IMG/VR virus record: IMGVR_UViG_3300037400_002732
Coordinates: 110,808-174,807 of that record
DNA from: a virus
Lineage: Duplodnaviria; Caudoviricetes
Length of the DNA stretch: 64,000 bases
Reading direction: 5' to 3' (one strand)
Below the pieces are notes generated by a model. That model searched no databases. It saw only the letters and a program-made list of their open reading frames with translations, and had not been told where the DNA came from. A program made the translations under genes and the position numbers. This document shows positions 38,101-47,260 of this stretch, piece after piece (positions within the stretch are counted from its first letter, which is position 1; the number at the start of each line of letters is the position of its first letter).

Positions 38101-39680
38101 GTACTGGTCATATTGTTGGCGCACAAGCCGATTCGAACTATGATAATGGCGTGTATCGCGACCGCTTCGTATTCATCGGCGAAAATGATAAGGATTTCGC
38201 TCATTCGTATTGGTACGGCATGGCTGACAATAACAGACCGAAAGACATCGTGAAATTACCGAATTCGCTTGAATGGGAATACTCTTACCAAGATGTATAT
38301 CAGACGACAAAGTCGCCGATGATTTACACTGGCGGTATTGCGCTTGGCGGATATGGTGTGGAGGAATGCAACTTTATGTTGCTTAAAGTTGGTTACTCAC
38401 GTGGTTCTTCGTCGTTCGTTGATCCAACTATGGTAGCGATTAACGTTGCAGAAGGTATAAATACTACTCCAAATATATCTACGCCAGACACTACAGTTGG
38501 TAAAATTATACGCAGTAATAAGCTTTGCGGGCCGTGGACAGAAGGCGCTGATAATACGACGACGTCATATATACTTCATCCGTACAAGGAGAAGGTTGGT
38601 GTATTGGCCGCTGGGTCAACTTCTCTGGAAGCCAATATCGAACCGACTGGATATACGTTAAAAGAGATTGTTTCCGCAAAGTTTGTCATAAGAGCACTGA
38701 ATTCTCCATCTAATTCTGAGCCGATTGCCACGGTGGATGCTACTTGGGCGGCAACTAGCCTTGTATGGGCGACGTTGGACGCTCCGTATTCGGTTGCCTA
38801 TGATTATTACATCGAGGCTAATATCGAGTATTCTGATGCTGTGACTGTATATGATTACTTTGATGATACCGGTGATGCAGCACATCATTTCATGGTGGAT
38901 TGTCCGTATAAGGGTATGTCGCTCGTGGTTCAAGACAAGCAAGAGCTTGACGGTACGTTGCATGTTGGCCTCGGTATGGCTAATGTCCATGAATACGGAA
39001 ATACCAGGTACCTCAGCATTGCATGCCAGTATATTTCGGATAATTATACGTTGCATGTTAGTGGCAACATGTCCGGAAGTCTGAAACTGGATTGTACGTT
39101 TGATTCTGCGACTCAACAGTTGAACACAGATTACCGCGTATATGATACTTTGGATGGACTAAAGTTGTATGGCTATGTAAGATATACTCAAGAAGGGGCT
39201 GGCACAGAGCCATGCCCGCCAGTAACCGGAAGTTCCACGCCTATCATATGTCACTTGAGCAATGTCCACCTATTTATTCCTATGGATAAGGGTTATTTGG
39301 TGGATATGTTTAAGCTGACTGATTCTGGCGGCCAGAATATCGATTATGGCGATAGATCTGACAACTGGATCATGTTCACTGGAGGTAGCATGTTAATTCC
39401 GTCCTACCTATCCATTAGAAATATGAATGAAATGTTCCCAGAATTCGTGCATATAACCGCGCAACTGCAACAGTACTATATCGGAAGCACTGATCCTCAT
39501 AAAATTAGGTTTACGGCAAATCATATGTACAAGTTTACTCCAGTCGAATGGCGTCGAGGCGATGGTAGTGTTGTCACTAGCAGTTATGATAGTTCTGAAA
39601 CTACGTACATTACTCGCTATGAAGATTGGTCTGCCGATCGGATAGCGGTTGAAGGGCTCACTCTTGAAGGCATCAGTTAA
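35145..39680 (+). CDS. Tail fibre / baseplate-attached protein
   Basis: N-terminal ITDNGLNL and FNRIGIY...ILFAV resemble fibre attachment domains; YALEGHTH motif; Gly/Asn-rich beta-repeat middle region. Confidence 0.65.
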   Translation: MKKVITDNGLNLINQTRADGTTQYWIGYYGLAYVPDETRDNDPITASMTQLTKTGDNIYNIFQGSMTPVGFDTDIGDSAAYRLFNECMYTANIAQKFRYVLDENGNNQLIVFADAANLTADQSAGLVEYQRYKGVQYDPQNNDEVNASELPIPAPLYYLGEPVDYNVTAEQADRAMNAATVSCDTRVYKGNATTQPPSVQTETNVWASNSDKYSWADSKGNTYDDQVSTSNNFKYLKRYWQYQSVSNFNRFHAPANSAGYFVDSEPACSNLAKATRLFPISHYDVINTKDDEKVDSVKYTISLDLGDMLTKTTNRSTKYYQPSDGNTTLTETSGDNYRMGVKFNRIGIYAVPVSLRVFDDDAVGSSNCGDHNIQMQISGNEDPILFAVMDLPSPIVLSEDGLQKYVFHFQVQMKGGNVVDDASIYYNLYENDAITWYKNQLIANASTAEAVTSLGVQMAYLRQQINDMNSGSDACGIGDDGDRYALEGHTHDYMKNIVDSQGAGNGAVRGIYTKEEGRPIKIYQIADRGVQFDEVTQTLRYTDDNTQVPLLINSASYMSGKDSMTLGSDSATIGSYSINMSDYGILGQDSKSVLLMGGRGKSGDYDDFHLAVDNTRNSIINIEHGEIRSMRGSLWLGDVQNICSGNVLHTIGVGKNDVTDNRWNQYSNIEGVHSGSSSYNVLVGYNRLMGYLQRSVIVGIDESGSPQNVAMYNPFADMDAEYMKYVNYLSEKSKLFPTKGRGVEDVVSAGYRNDFGTGLSTALVIGKDLDGLVGTVNSIMVGSRQNNALPYYNPNIVLTVDEFNARYGTDDTEPYPADDPIWYSHDDGDIMVVGDGKLYFRDGVGSSSSVKTRDVRGVTLYITYTNNEWDTGITIGRNRDNPDDPTIFNEGSRAKRYADLYSKPGHNKNMVMLGDDINVGYGSESSIVMGDYSGTRKITVKNSFINFLGDQTAFNANSTSGPCSTFDNVWWIGHAKGKDSTSNNNCTGHIVGAQADSNYDNGVYRDRFVFIGENDKDFAHSYWYGMADNNRPKDIVKLPNSLEWEYSYQDVYQTTKSPMIYTGGIALGGYGVEECNFMLLKVGYSRGSSSFVDPTMVAINVAEGINTTPNISTPDTTVGKIIRSNKLCGPWTEGADNTTTSYILHPYKEKVGVLAAGSTSLEANIEPTGYTLKEIVSAKFVIRALNSPSNSEPIATVDATWAATSLVWATLDAPYSVAYDYYIEANIEYSDAVTVYDYFDDTGDAAHHFMVDCPYKGMSLVVQDKQELDGTLHVGLGMANVHEYGNTRYLSIACQYISDNYTLHVSGNMSGSLKLDCTFDSATQQLNTDYRVYDTLDGLKLYGYVRYTQEGAGTEPCPPVTGSSTPIICHLSNVHLFIPMDKGYLVDMFKLTDSGGQNIDYGDRSDNWIMFTGGSMLIPSYLSIRNMNEMFPEFVHITAQLQQYYIGSTDPHKIRFTANHMYKFTPVEWRRGDGSVVTSSYDSSETTYITRYEDWSADRIAVEGLTLEGIS

Positions 39681-39733
39681 TAAACATAAAATGAAGTAAT
39701 TTAATTAACGAAACAACAAAAAGGAATACATAT

Positions 39734-40270
39734 ATGCAGATTTCTCGTCGCAAGGTTATTGAGCTTGGTCTTACTTTGATGCAAGCTGAAAGCCTTTTCA
39801 AGCTTCCGATTTCCGGTAGGTTCTATTACGCTTGTGTGAAGAACCGCGAATTGGGCCGTGAAGAATACAAGCTCTCCATGGAGGCTAATCCGTATCCTCA
39901 GCAGTTCAACGAATATGAAACCAAGCGTGTCGCCATTCTCAACGAAGTCGGAGAATCGGTTAAGCCGGGATTTTCCAAGATGGATGATCGCGAACGTGAC
40001 GCAATCGTCAATTCTCGTGATGAAAAGGTCATGCCGACTGAAAAGCGTGAAATGCTTCTAAAGCGTTTGAATGACCTCTCCACAGAATATAAAGACCTTC
40101 TCCAAGAGGTTGATGCGGTGAATGTTCGCCGTAAGGAATTCTTGGACGAAGTTGATGATTATCCGATCAAGACGGTCAAGTTGTCTGATATTCCGGAAGT
40201 CGTGAAAGGAAACGGTTTCGATATCTTCCTTTCTCTCGATCCGATGATTATCGACGACGCCGAGGCATAA
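39734..40270 (+). CDS. Hypothetical helical protein
   Basis: SD AAGGA; typical codon usage. Confidence 0.7.
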   Translation: MQISRRKVIELGLTLMQAESLFKLPISGRFYYACVKNRELGREEYKLSMEANPYPQQFNEYETKRVAILNEVGESVKPGFSKMDDRERDAIVNSRDEKVMPTEKREMLLKRLNDLSTEYKDLLQEVDAVNVRRKEFLDEVDDYPIKTVKLSDIPEVVKGNGFDIFLSLDPMIIDDAEA

Positions 40271-41400
40271 TGAGTACACTCAGCGGATGCCTTGTTGTTC
40301 GTAATGGAAAGAAAAGCGTCGTGCGTTGTCTCGACGCTTTACTTCCAGTTGTGAACGAGTATGTCATTATTGACACTGGCTCGAAGGATGGAACTATCGA
40401 ACTTATCAAGTCTTGGTCTGGTAATCATCCGAATACCAGGATTGTCTTGGTGAACGTGGGTCGAAAGTTTCATGACGATGACGGTATTTTTGACTTTGGC
40501 GCAGCAAAGAACTACGCTATTTCGAGGGCTACTTGTGATTATGTGATGTGGATCGACGTTAATGACGAGGTGCTTCGTCCGAACGAAGTCCGTATTGCAT
40601 TCGACAAGATTACGGCCAAGATGCCTCATGCGAGCATAACGATGCTTACCGAGGTGGATAGGACGTTTGCGTTTCCTCGTGTCCGTATTGCTCCGAGGGC
40701 TACCGCGAAGTTCATTGGGGCTATCCATGAATACATGGTCAATGAAGACCCAGAAAACGTCATTGTCACGACGCGGTTTCGTATAAGGAACGTAAAGACG
40801 TGCCGAGATATTGCTCGAAACGTCGCCAGTCTGATGAAGGAATGGAAGATTGCCCATACCCAGCGAATCGCATTCTATCTAGGCAATTCGGCGAGGGACA
40901 TGAATGATTTCTTTACTGCGCTTGACTGGTACACGGTGACTGTGGATGAATTTCCAGATTCACTGAACGAGGAAAGGGCAAAGTCCATCGAAGCGTTGTG
41001 CGATATAGCTCTACGTGAAAACATGCTGGATATTCTGAACGACCGTTCGATGCAGCTCATTAACGAGTTGCCTGATAGGCCGGAAGGTTACTATTACCGA
41101 GCGAAGTATCAGTATGCCATGAAGAACTACAAGCTGGCTATCAAGTCGCTGGAGAAGCTGATGCAGCTCAATGTAAGGGTTCGCCCCACTCACATGTGGA
41201 TCAATCCTAACATCTACGATAGGCATGAGCATCTTGAAATGCTGAAGGAAGCCCAAGCAAAGGCCGAATACAGTAACATGACTCCAATCGCCCCTTGTAT
41301 CGAGGACGCCAATATGGCGTTGCAGAATGGGCGCTACGTTGGGCGGATGAGCACTGCGTTAGGTGACTTCGGCACTCCGATGTTCCAATACTCGAATTAA
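40270..41400 (+). CDS. Glycosyltransferase family 2 with C-terminal TPR-like repeats
   Basis: CLVVRNG, IIDTGSKDGT, DFGAAKN, WIDVNDE, FIGAIHE; TPR-like FYLG and RPEGYY. Confidence 0.88.
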   Translation: MSTLSGCLVVRNGKKSVVRCLDALLPVVNEYVIIDTGSKDGTIELIKSWSGNHPNTRIVLVNVGRKFHDDDGIFDFGAAKNYAISRATCDYVMWIDVNDEVLRPNEVRIAFDKITAKMPHASITMLTEVDRTFAFPRVRIAPRATAKFIGAIHEYMVNEDPENVIVTTRFRIRNVKTCRDIARNVASLMKEWKIAHTQRIAFYLGNSARDMNDFFTALDWYTVTVDEFPDSLNEERAKSIEALCDIALRENMLDILNDRSMQLINELPDRPEGYYYRAKYQYAMKNYKLAIKSLEKLMQLNVRVRPTHMWINPNIYDRHEHLEMLKEAQAKAEYSNMTPIAPCIEDANMALQNGRYVGRMSTALGDFGTPMFQYSN

Positions 41401-41406
41401 ATGATC

Positions 41407-41431
41407 AATCCGGCGGAAACGTCGGATTTTT
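41407..41431 (+). terminator. Intrinsic terminator
   Basis: AATCCGGCG-GAAA-CGTCGGATTTTT. Confidence 0.75.
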
Positions 41432-41446
41432 CAGTCCCCATGAACT

Positions 41447-41454
41447 GATAAACT
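41447..41454 (+). promoter_or_regulatory. Putative late promoter GATAAACT
   Basis: 26 nt before ATG 41480. Confidence 0.7.
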
Positions 41455-41479
41455 ATGAACAAACTGATTTTGGACGCTT

Positions 41480-44400
41480 ATGGCTAACCAACACGCTAAC
41501 TTACATGAATTGACGAAGCAGCTAGATGTACTGACATGGAATGCTCGCAGCGTGCTTAACGCACTTATTCGCTCGGCTATGAAGGCTGGGTCTAGCAGTG
41601 GTTTTACTGTGCAACGTGCCGGTGAAACCATACAGATGACGAAGGAAGACATTTTCAAGATTTACAACTTCTACGAGAAGTGGGAAAGCCTCGGCTATCC
41701 GAACGACGAAGAAACTTTTAATGCGCTCCTTGATGCTGAAAATGCTTACTACCAAGGATCCGACGAAGTTACCGAGTCGTTGGTCAAGCATGCGAAGACT
41801 ATCTGGCAAGATACCACGAATAAGGGTTCTGATACGGAATATTGGATTAACCGAATCAGAACGACTGAAAATGTGAAGTGGTTTACCAATACGGCGCCGA
41901 TTCCGTTGAATATCCGTACGCCTATTTATGACGAAAACTTGTCTACAAAGACGTACGACTCGTACGAAACATATTTGTTCCCAAGCAGTTACTACGCTAT
42001 TGACACCCTTGGTTATGTTGGTGATGGAAGTACCCATACGGCTGGCGGCAATGAATGGCTGTTCGATGTCCAGAATAGGTTCAGCGTTCATACGGACGTG
42101 ATTCAGCTTGGGTATCAAGATAATGATATAGTTGAACTTTATGCTTCTCTGTACTCTGACAAGACGCCGAAGTGTGCCCTTGAGGGTGGCATCAATTCCG
42201 GTGCATTCGACGAATGCTCGTTTGCATATGGTATCGACAACCAAGTGAATAATGTATGTGCGGTTGCTATTGGTGGTAAATACAATCTTGTGACTGGATC
42301 GAGTGCTGGCATTATTGCTGGTCATGATAATACCGCCGCTATGGGTAATGGAGTTATTGCTGGCGGTGTATATAACAAACTCGGCAGCGGAACTGAAGGC
42401 TTTGCTGCGAACAGCTATAACAATGTAGGCGGATATAGTTACGAATTTACTCGTTATATCGGTAATAGCGGAAGCGTTACCGAATGTGATCCGACTTATA
42501 CTCCACCGGATCGTCCGAATTGTACATACTATTATGCTGGCCTAGATGCAACAACTGGGGCCGGTGGTTCTTCGTTGGGTCTCAATCAGTTCTATGTGTC
42601 GAATAAGACTGTGACTGCGTCCGGAATGCTAGGTGCGGGTTTACAAATAAGTTCTGGAAGTGAAAATGGGCAAACGTCTCCGTTTGACTTCAAAATTTCA
42701 GACTTGGTTACATTGTTTGCAATTTCTGTAACTAATAGACACGCTAAAGGCTGCAAGAGCGTTGTTGCAACAGTGACGAATATTGAGAAGCATACTGCCA
42801 AGGGCATTGTTCCGATGAGTAGTCCGGACTTGGCTGATGGATATGTTGTGACTATCAATAAGGACTTTACTGCAAAGACATTCACCGACTTGGGTGGATA
42901 CAGTATTAGTGGTGGCTATGTTTGTAGACACGTTGCACAAGATTATCCGATGGTAAATACATTTAATGAATGGATTGATACTTACCCTCACCAGTGCTCT
43001 GATAGTGCTGCACTTGGTTACAACAATATTGCTGCTGGCCGAGGACAAGTTGTGGTCGGCGCGTCCAATATCGAGCTGTTACGTCCTAATTTCATTGTTG
43101 GTTCCGGTTCTTCCTATATTAATGCAAATGATTTCCATCGCGAAAATTCATTCGTGTCGTCTCCGCATTATACTTACATGATGTCGTCTCGGTATATCGT
43201 CAGCGGTGTTGCTCAATTTACTACCGCATACATTCACGGCGATCCGGACTGGGAAAGTGCTCGCGAATACGATGAAGACTATCTGCACGGCGTTGAAAAA
43301 TATGCTGGCTTCTTTGCATATTCGAATAACTGGTATTACGAAGACGAAGGTCGCGCAGTCCTTCGCGTATTCCACGAAAAGAGTGTGCTCGCAATAGGCG
43401 AAAATGGCTTGGTTCTATATGAACCGAAGACGGAAAAGAATGAACAGACTCGTACCGTCTGGAATGAACTGTATTCTCGGAATGGCGGAATTGCACTCCA
43501 TAGCGGATCGTTCTTGGAAAGTGGAGAACAGACTGTTGATAACAACTGGCTGGACTTCTATAACAACTGGACTGGCCGTACCGCTACTCCGGGCGACGAT
43601 CATTCGATTACTATATGGGCCAAGGGCGACGTTGGCATGCATGGCGGAACAATGTGGCTACACTCCAGCAATTATATCCACATGGAATGCAATGCATTGA
43701 CTATTAGTGGCAACACTCGTGCGGCTCTGTCAGCACAGCCGACGAACTACGGCGTGGAATGCTACAATAAGGCCGCTGCACGAATTGATACAATCAAGGA
43801 TTGTGGCCACTTCTACGTGGATAAATCTGAATCTGGAATGTTGAATGATTATGACTTGGGTACGCAGTTCAAAAATTTACAGTCGAACAGCTATCATGTG
43901 TTTACGTCAAGCAAGCTGATTAGCCATGCTGCTAGTGGTGATACGTATGATGTGGCTCAGATCGTAATTCCGGCCAACCTATTGCCGTCATGTAATCGCG
44001 CTATACGTGGCTCTGATATGATTCCTCACCCGATGGTGATTTCTAACCGTATGACGCATTACCCGACTAATATTCAGAATGATGTTACTGGCCGTGATTC
44101 GAATTTAGGTGGTTATTTGTATGAGGAACTTGCATACTTGTCTGACATCAAGACGATGCAGACTAAGGTAATGCAAAACATGTCAGCGCCAGCATATACA
44201 TCTTACTATGGTAATGTATGCCGTGTTGATATGGATTCTGTAGTTGCTGGATATTCTGCCGCTAGCGTACAAGATACGTACTTAGCTTCGCTTACTGATG
44301 CGGCTGCGGCCACGTCATTCAATGCGGCTAATACGGTGTCTAGCTATTCAGCTGGTTCTGATGGCGGTTATAAGCTCGTCCGCTCGTCTGGATTTAGCGG

Positions 44401-45256
44401 CGTTGTAAACAAGACGACGACCGTAGATCAAATTTATTCAGACTGGAAATCGGTGTACTTGCATGGTGTTGAGCTGAACCCGGCATTCCGTATGGAAATT
44501 ATTAATGCGAATAATCGTGTGGCTGGTGTTACTTACTTGGCTTATGCGCCAGCTCTGCCTACAACCAATACTATTTATTCATATTACCAAGCGAACCTAA
44601 GTGCTTCGGAAGGTGCGGTTCCATCAGTAACCTTGTTTACGTCTAAATTTAGTCATGGTGGCGCTGGCGTTGAACCGACAAACCTGAAGGATGTGTGGGC
44701 TGTTACTCTGAATCAAGCGAGCGTGTCTTCTGCGCCGCAAGCTACATGGAAACGTATTATTCGCGACTTAATCATTACGGTTTCTGGCGGCACCATTACG
44801 GTTGAATTTTTCATCTGTCGTGGAATGTTGCGTACGAGCTATTCGCTGCCGTCGAAGCTTGGTACTGCAGCATCGACAACAAATCGTCTCGTAGCCAATA
44901 CGGCGAGCGGCGCACCTTGTGCAAATTTGGCTAGCAATTCTCAAGTGATCCATCTTCCGATCGACCCAGTAACTGCCGCTAAATTGTCTACGGCGGTAAA
45001 TGGGGCTGGTGTAGTTAGTCAGTTGCATGGACGCGCATACTTTACTGGTAATGTCAATGTGTCGGTCGTAGGAACGTTTGCCCAGTCAACTCCGGCGCTT
45101 GTTTATGATCGTTCGTCGGATACCGACTCGATGAACACGTTGGGCAATACATATTATGGCCCTACATTGGCTATTAACATTGGTGGTTTGAATAATAGTG
45201 ATCTTTCTGATATTGATTACTACGTTTGCCTAGAAGGAGCAGTACAAAATGGCTAG
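41480..45256 (+). CDS. Tail fibre / spike-like protein
   Basis: Late motif; short GG-x-x-N beta-roll-like repeats (IGGKYN, IAGHDN, AGGVYN); Ser/Thr/Ala-rich C-terminus. Confidence 0.6.
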   Translation: MANQHANLHELTKQLDVLTWNARSVLNALIRSAMKAGSSSGFTVQRAGETIQMTKEDIFKIYNFYEKWESLGYPNDEETFNALLDAENAYYQGSDEVTESLVKHAKTIWQDTTNKGSDTEYWINRIRTTENVKWFTNTAPIPLNIRTPIYDENLSTKTYDSYETYLFPSSYYAIDTLGYVGDGSTHTAGGNEWLFDVQNRFSVHTDVIQLGYQDNDIVELYASLYSDKTPKCALEGGINSGAFDECSFAYGIDNQVNNVCAVAIGGKYNLVTGSSAGIIAGHDNTAAMGNGVIAGGVYNKLGSGTEGFAANSYNNVGGYSYEFTRYIGNSGSVTECDPTYTPPDRPNCTYYYAGLDATTGAGGSSLGLNQFYVSNKTVTASGMLGAGLQISSGSENGQTSPFDFKISDLVTLFAISVTNRHAKGCKSVVATVTNIEKHTAKGIVPMSSPDLADGYVVTINKDFTAKTFTDLGGYSISGGYVCRHVAQDYPMVNTFNEWIDTYPHQCSDSAALGYNNIAAGRGQVVVGASNIELLRPNFIVGSGSSYINANDFHRENSFVSSPHYTYMMSSRYIVSGVAQFTTAYIHGDPDWESAREYDEDYLHGVEKYAGFFAYSNNWYYEDEGRAVLRVFHEKSVLAIGENGLVLYEPKTEKNEQTRTVWNELYSRNGGIALHSGSFLESGEQTVDNNWLDFYNNWTGRTATPGDDHSITIWAKGDVGMHGGTMWLHSSNYIHMECNALTISGNTRAALSAQPTNYGVECYNKAAARIDTIKDCGHFYVDKSESGMLNDYDLGTQFKNLQSNSYHVFTSSKLISHAASGDTYDVAQIVIPANLLPSCNRAIRGSDMIPHPMVISNRMTHYPTNIQNDVTGRDSNLGGYLYEELAYLSDIKTMQTKVMQNMSAPAYTSYYGNVCRVDMDSVVAGYSAASVQDTYLASLTDAAAATSFNAANTVSSYSAGSDGGYKLVRSSGFSGVVNKTTTVDQIYSDWKSVYLHGVELNPAFRMEIINANNRVAGVTYLAYAPALPTTNTIYSYYQANLSASEGAVPSVTLFTSKFSHGGAGVEPTNLKDVWAVTLNQASVSSAPQATWKRIIRDLIITVSGGTITVEFFICRGMLRTSYSLPSKLGTAASTTNRLVANTASGAPCANLASNSQVIHLPIDPVTAAKLSTAVNGAGVVSQLHGRAYFTGNVNVSVVGTFAQSTPALVYDRSSDTDSMNTLGNTYYGPTLAINIGGLNNSDLSDIDYYVCLEGAVQNG

Positions 45257-47174
45257 TAAGCAGTTAGACTTGCTTGATGTTAACCCGCTTGAGCATATTA
45301 CTGGCGATGTTGCGATATCGCAGCACAATTACGAGTCTGTGATGAACGGACTTGTCCAGTGGGATCAGAGCCGCGCAGACAAAGTTACTATCCGTATCGC
45401 TACTAGGACGGAACCTTACTTTGTTGACTATACGATCCCTACTAAGTATTTCTATGACAAGAACTACGGTGTAATAAATACTGCGGTTCTACTCGACCCA
45501 AGCAATTTCGCCTACAAGAATCGCATGAAGATGACTGCGGCAAAGGACGACGATGTCACGCTTCGTATAAATTCAGTCGATACTGGCGACGTCCCTTGGA
45601 AACTGTATGAAGATGTTACTGTATATGACGAAGTAAAGTATGAACCGTATGTGGATGATGGAGTTGTCATTGAAAATACCTATGTCGTCCACAGACAAGC
45701 GAAGTTTACTCGTTCGTATGCAACTGGTCTCTATTTCCGTACATACGACGAAAATGCGCACCGTTTTGTAATTTACAAGACGCTAGTCGATATTGAGGCG
45801 AATGCCGACTTGCCTACATTGGAAGTTGATGGCCGATTGGTTGATACATCGACTACGCCTCCTACAGATTTGGCTATTCGTGTGTGCATGGAAGGTGACT
45901 CGATAAAACCGACACCGCTTGCGATTTCTACGTCTATGTACTATAGCACCGCTGCGATGTATAACAGTGTGTTCGTCAGAATTCTCAACTCACAAGTCAG
46001 TATGACTAGTAGATTCACCGCATCGAATAGCGGTTATGAACAGTATTGCGCGTACTACGACATGGACAAGGCGGCTTTATATACCGAAGGAACCTTGGTT
46101 TATTATGAAGGCGACTTTTTCGTATGTTTAGTCGATCATCCTACGACAACTCCGGTGTATATTGCGCCGACTGTAGATGGAGATACTTGTGGGTTCCATC
46201 CAAATGAATGGGCTCGTGTGCTTCCTATGCCGTTTACTAGGGCGACCATTGAGGGCTCTGGTACAATCCGTTATAAGGCTACCACCGATGTCAACGGTTA
46301 TATTTTCCGTAACGTAGGTACTCGTGCATCAGGTGACCATACTAGCATTTCGGTAACCGGAAATATCGCGATTGCTGGAAATAGTACCCCGCAGCCTACT
46401 GGGCTTAATGTGTTGCAGACCAGTAACTATGCAAACTGGCCGGAGCATATGTCAAGCAAGTGGCTTGACGGTTCAAGCTATCGTACTATTGACTCCATTA
46501 GCGCGTTTGGCAAGCAAGACTATTCCGCTGTTATGGTGTTTAAACATTTTGGCGACGAGGAACATTTCCGTTACAAGAATATCATCAACTACGACGGCCC
46601 AGACCTTGACCAAGGATTATGCATTATGCTTCCGGTCAAGATTACCGACAGTCAGAACGTCATGCATGAGCCGATGGACGGTATGGTTATTGAGTTCATG
46701 TTCAATATATGGCCTAACCACAAGTACGACGGTCGAGACGTGAATGATCTTATTATCAACAAATCTCAAATTTATGTGTATAGCGTTCCGGACTATACTG
46801 AATATCTCATCAATGGGTTTACCGTTCGTACGGTTGAACCTATCGCAAAGTTCAGTATGGCTCGATTGACGAACTTCTACATCTTTGCCGAGAATGTCGG
46901 TGTGCCCGATAGGCCGGTATGCTACAAGGCTCGATTCATTTATTCGAAGAAGGAACAGCGCTGGAAGACATATGACTACTACCAGCTTCCAGACCATATA
47001 TTCCTATCTCCGAACGGATTTGTTGATCCGTCGCAGCCGGAAGCGTACGGTGTACAGACCGGAGGATTCCCTCTTTATCAGAATCCTTTCAGTAGCTATG
47101 ACTTGTCTGCAATCCATGTCGATGAAAACTATCGAAATCAGTTGCAACGACCTGGCGAAGATCCAGAAGCTTAA
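45249..47174 (+). CDS. Putative virion structural protein
   Basis: Coupled to the upstream gene; YTEGTLVYYEGDFFVCLVDH resembles a carbohydrate-binding module. Confidence 0.55.
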   Translation: MASKQLDLLDVNPLEHITGDVAISQHNYESVMNGLVQWDQSRADKVTIRIATRTEPYFVDYTIPTKYFYDKNYGVINTAVLLDPSNFAYKNRMKMTAAKDDDVTLRINSVDTGDVPWKLYEDVTVYDEVKYEPYVDDGVVIENTYVVHRQAKFTRSYATGLYFRTYDENAHRFVIYKTLVDIEANADLPTLEVDGRLVDTSTTPPTDLAIRVCMEGDSIKPTPLAISTSMYYSTAAMYNSVFVRILNSQVSMTSRFTASNSGYEQYCAYYDMDKAALYTEGTLVYYEGDFFVCLVDHPTTTPVYIAPTVDGDTCGFHPNEWARVLPMPFTRATIEGSGTIRYKATTDVNGYIFRNVGTRASGDHTSISVTGNIAIAGNSTPQPTGLNVLQTSNYANWPEHMSSKWLDGSSYRTIDSISAFGKQDYSAVMVFKHFGDEEHFRYKNIINYDGPDLDQGLCIMLPVKITDSQNVMHEPMDGMVIEFMFNIWPNHKYDGRDVNDLIINKSQIYVYSVPDYTEYLINGFTVRTVEPIAKFSMARLTNFYIFAENVGVPDRPVCYKARFIYSKKEQRWKTYDYYQLPDHIFLSPNGFVDPSQPEAYGVQTGGFPLYQNPFSSYDLSAIHVDENYRNQLQRPGEDPEA

Positions 47175-47177
47175 TCA

Positions 47178-47203
47178 AGAACCTTGCCAATAGGCAAGGT
47201 TTT
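47178..47203 (+). terminator. Intrinsic terminator
   Basis: AGAACCTTGCC-AATA-GGCAAGGTTTT. Confidence 0.75.
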
Positions 47204-47226
47204 CTTCTGTGTCCTCGATACGAACT

Positions 47227-47234
47227 GATAAACT
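47227..47234 (+). promoter_or_regulatory. Putative late promoter GATAAACT
   Basis: 27 nt before ATG 47261. Confidence 0.7.
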
Positions 47235-47260
47235 GCGTATAGCTTTTGAAACTATGCGAC

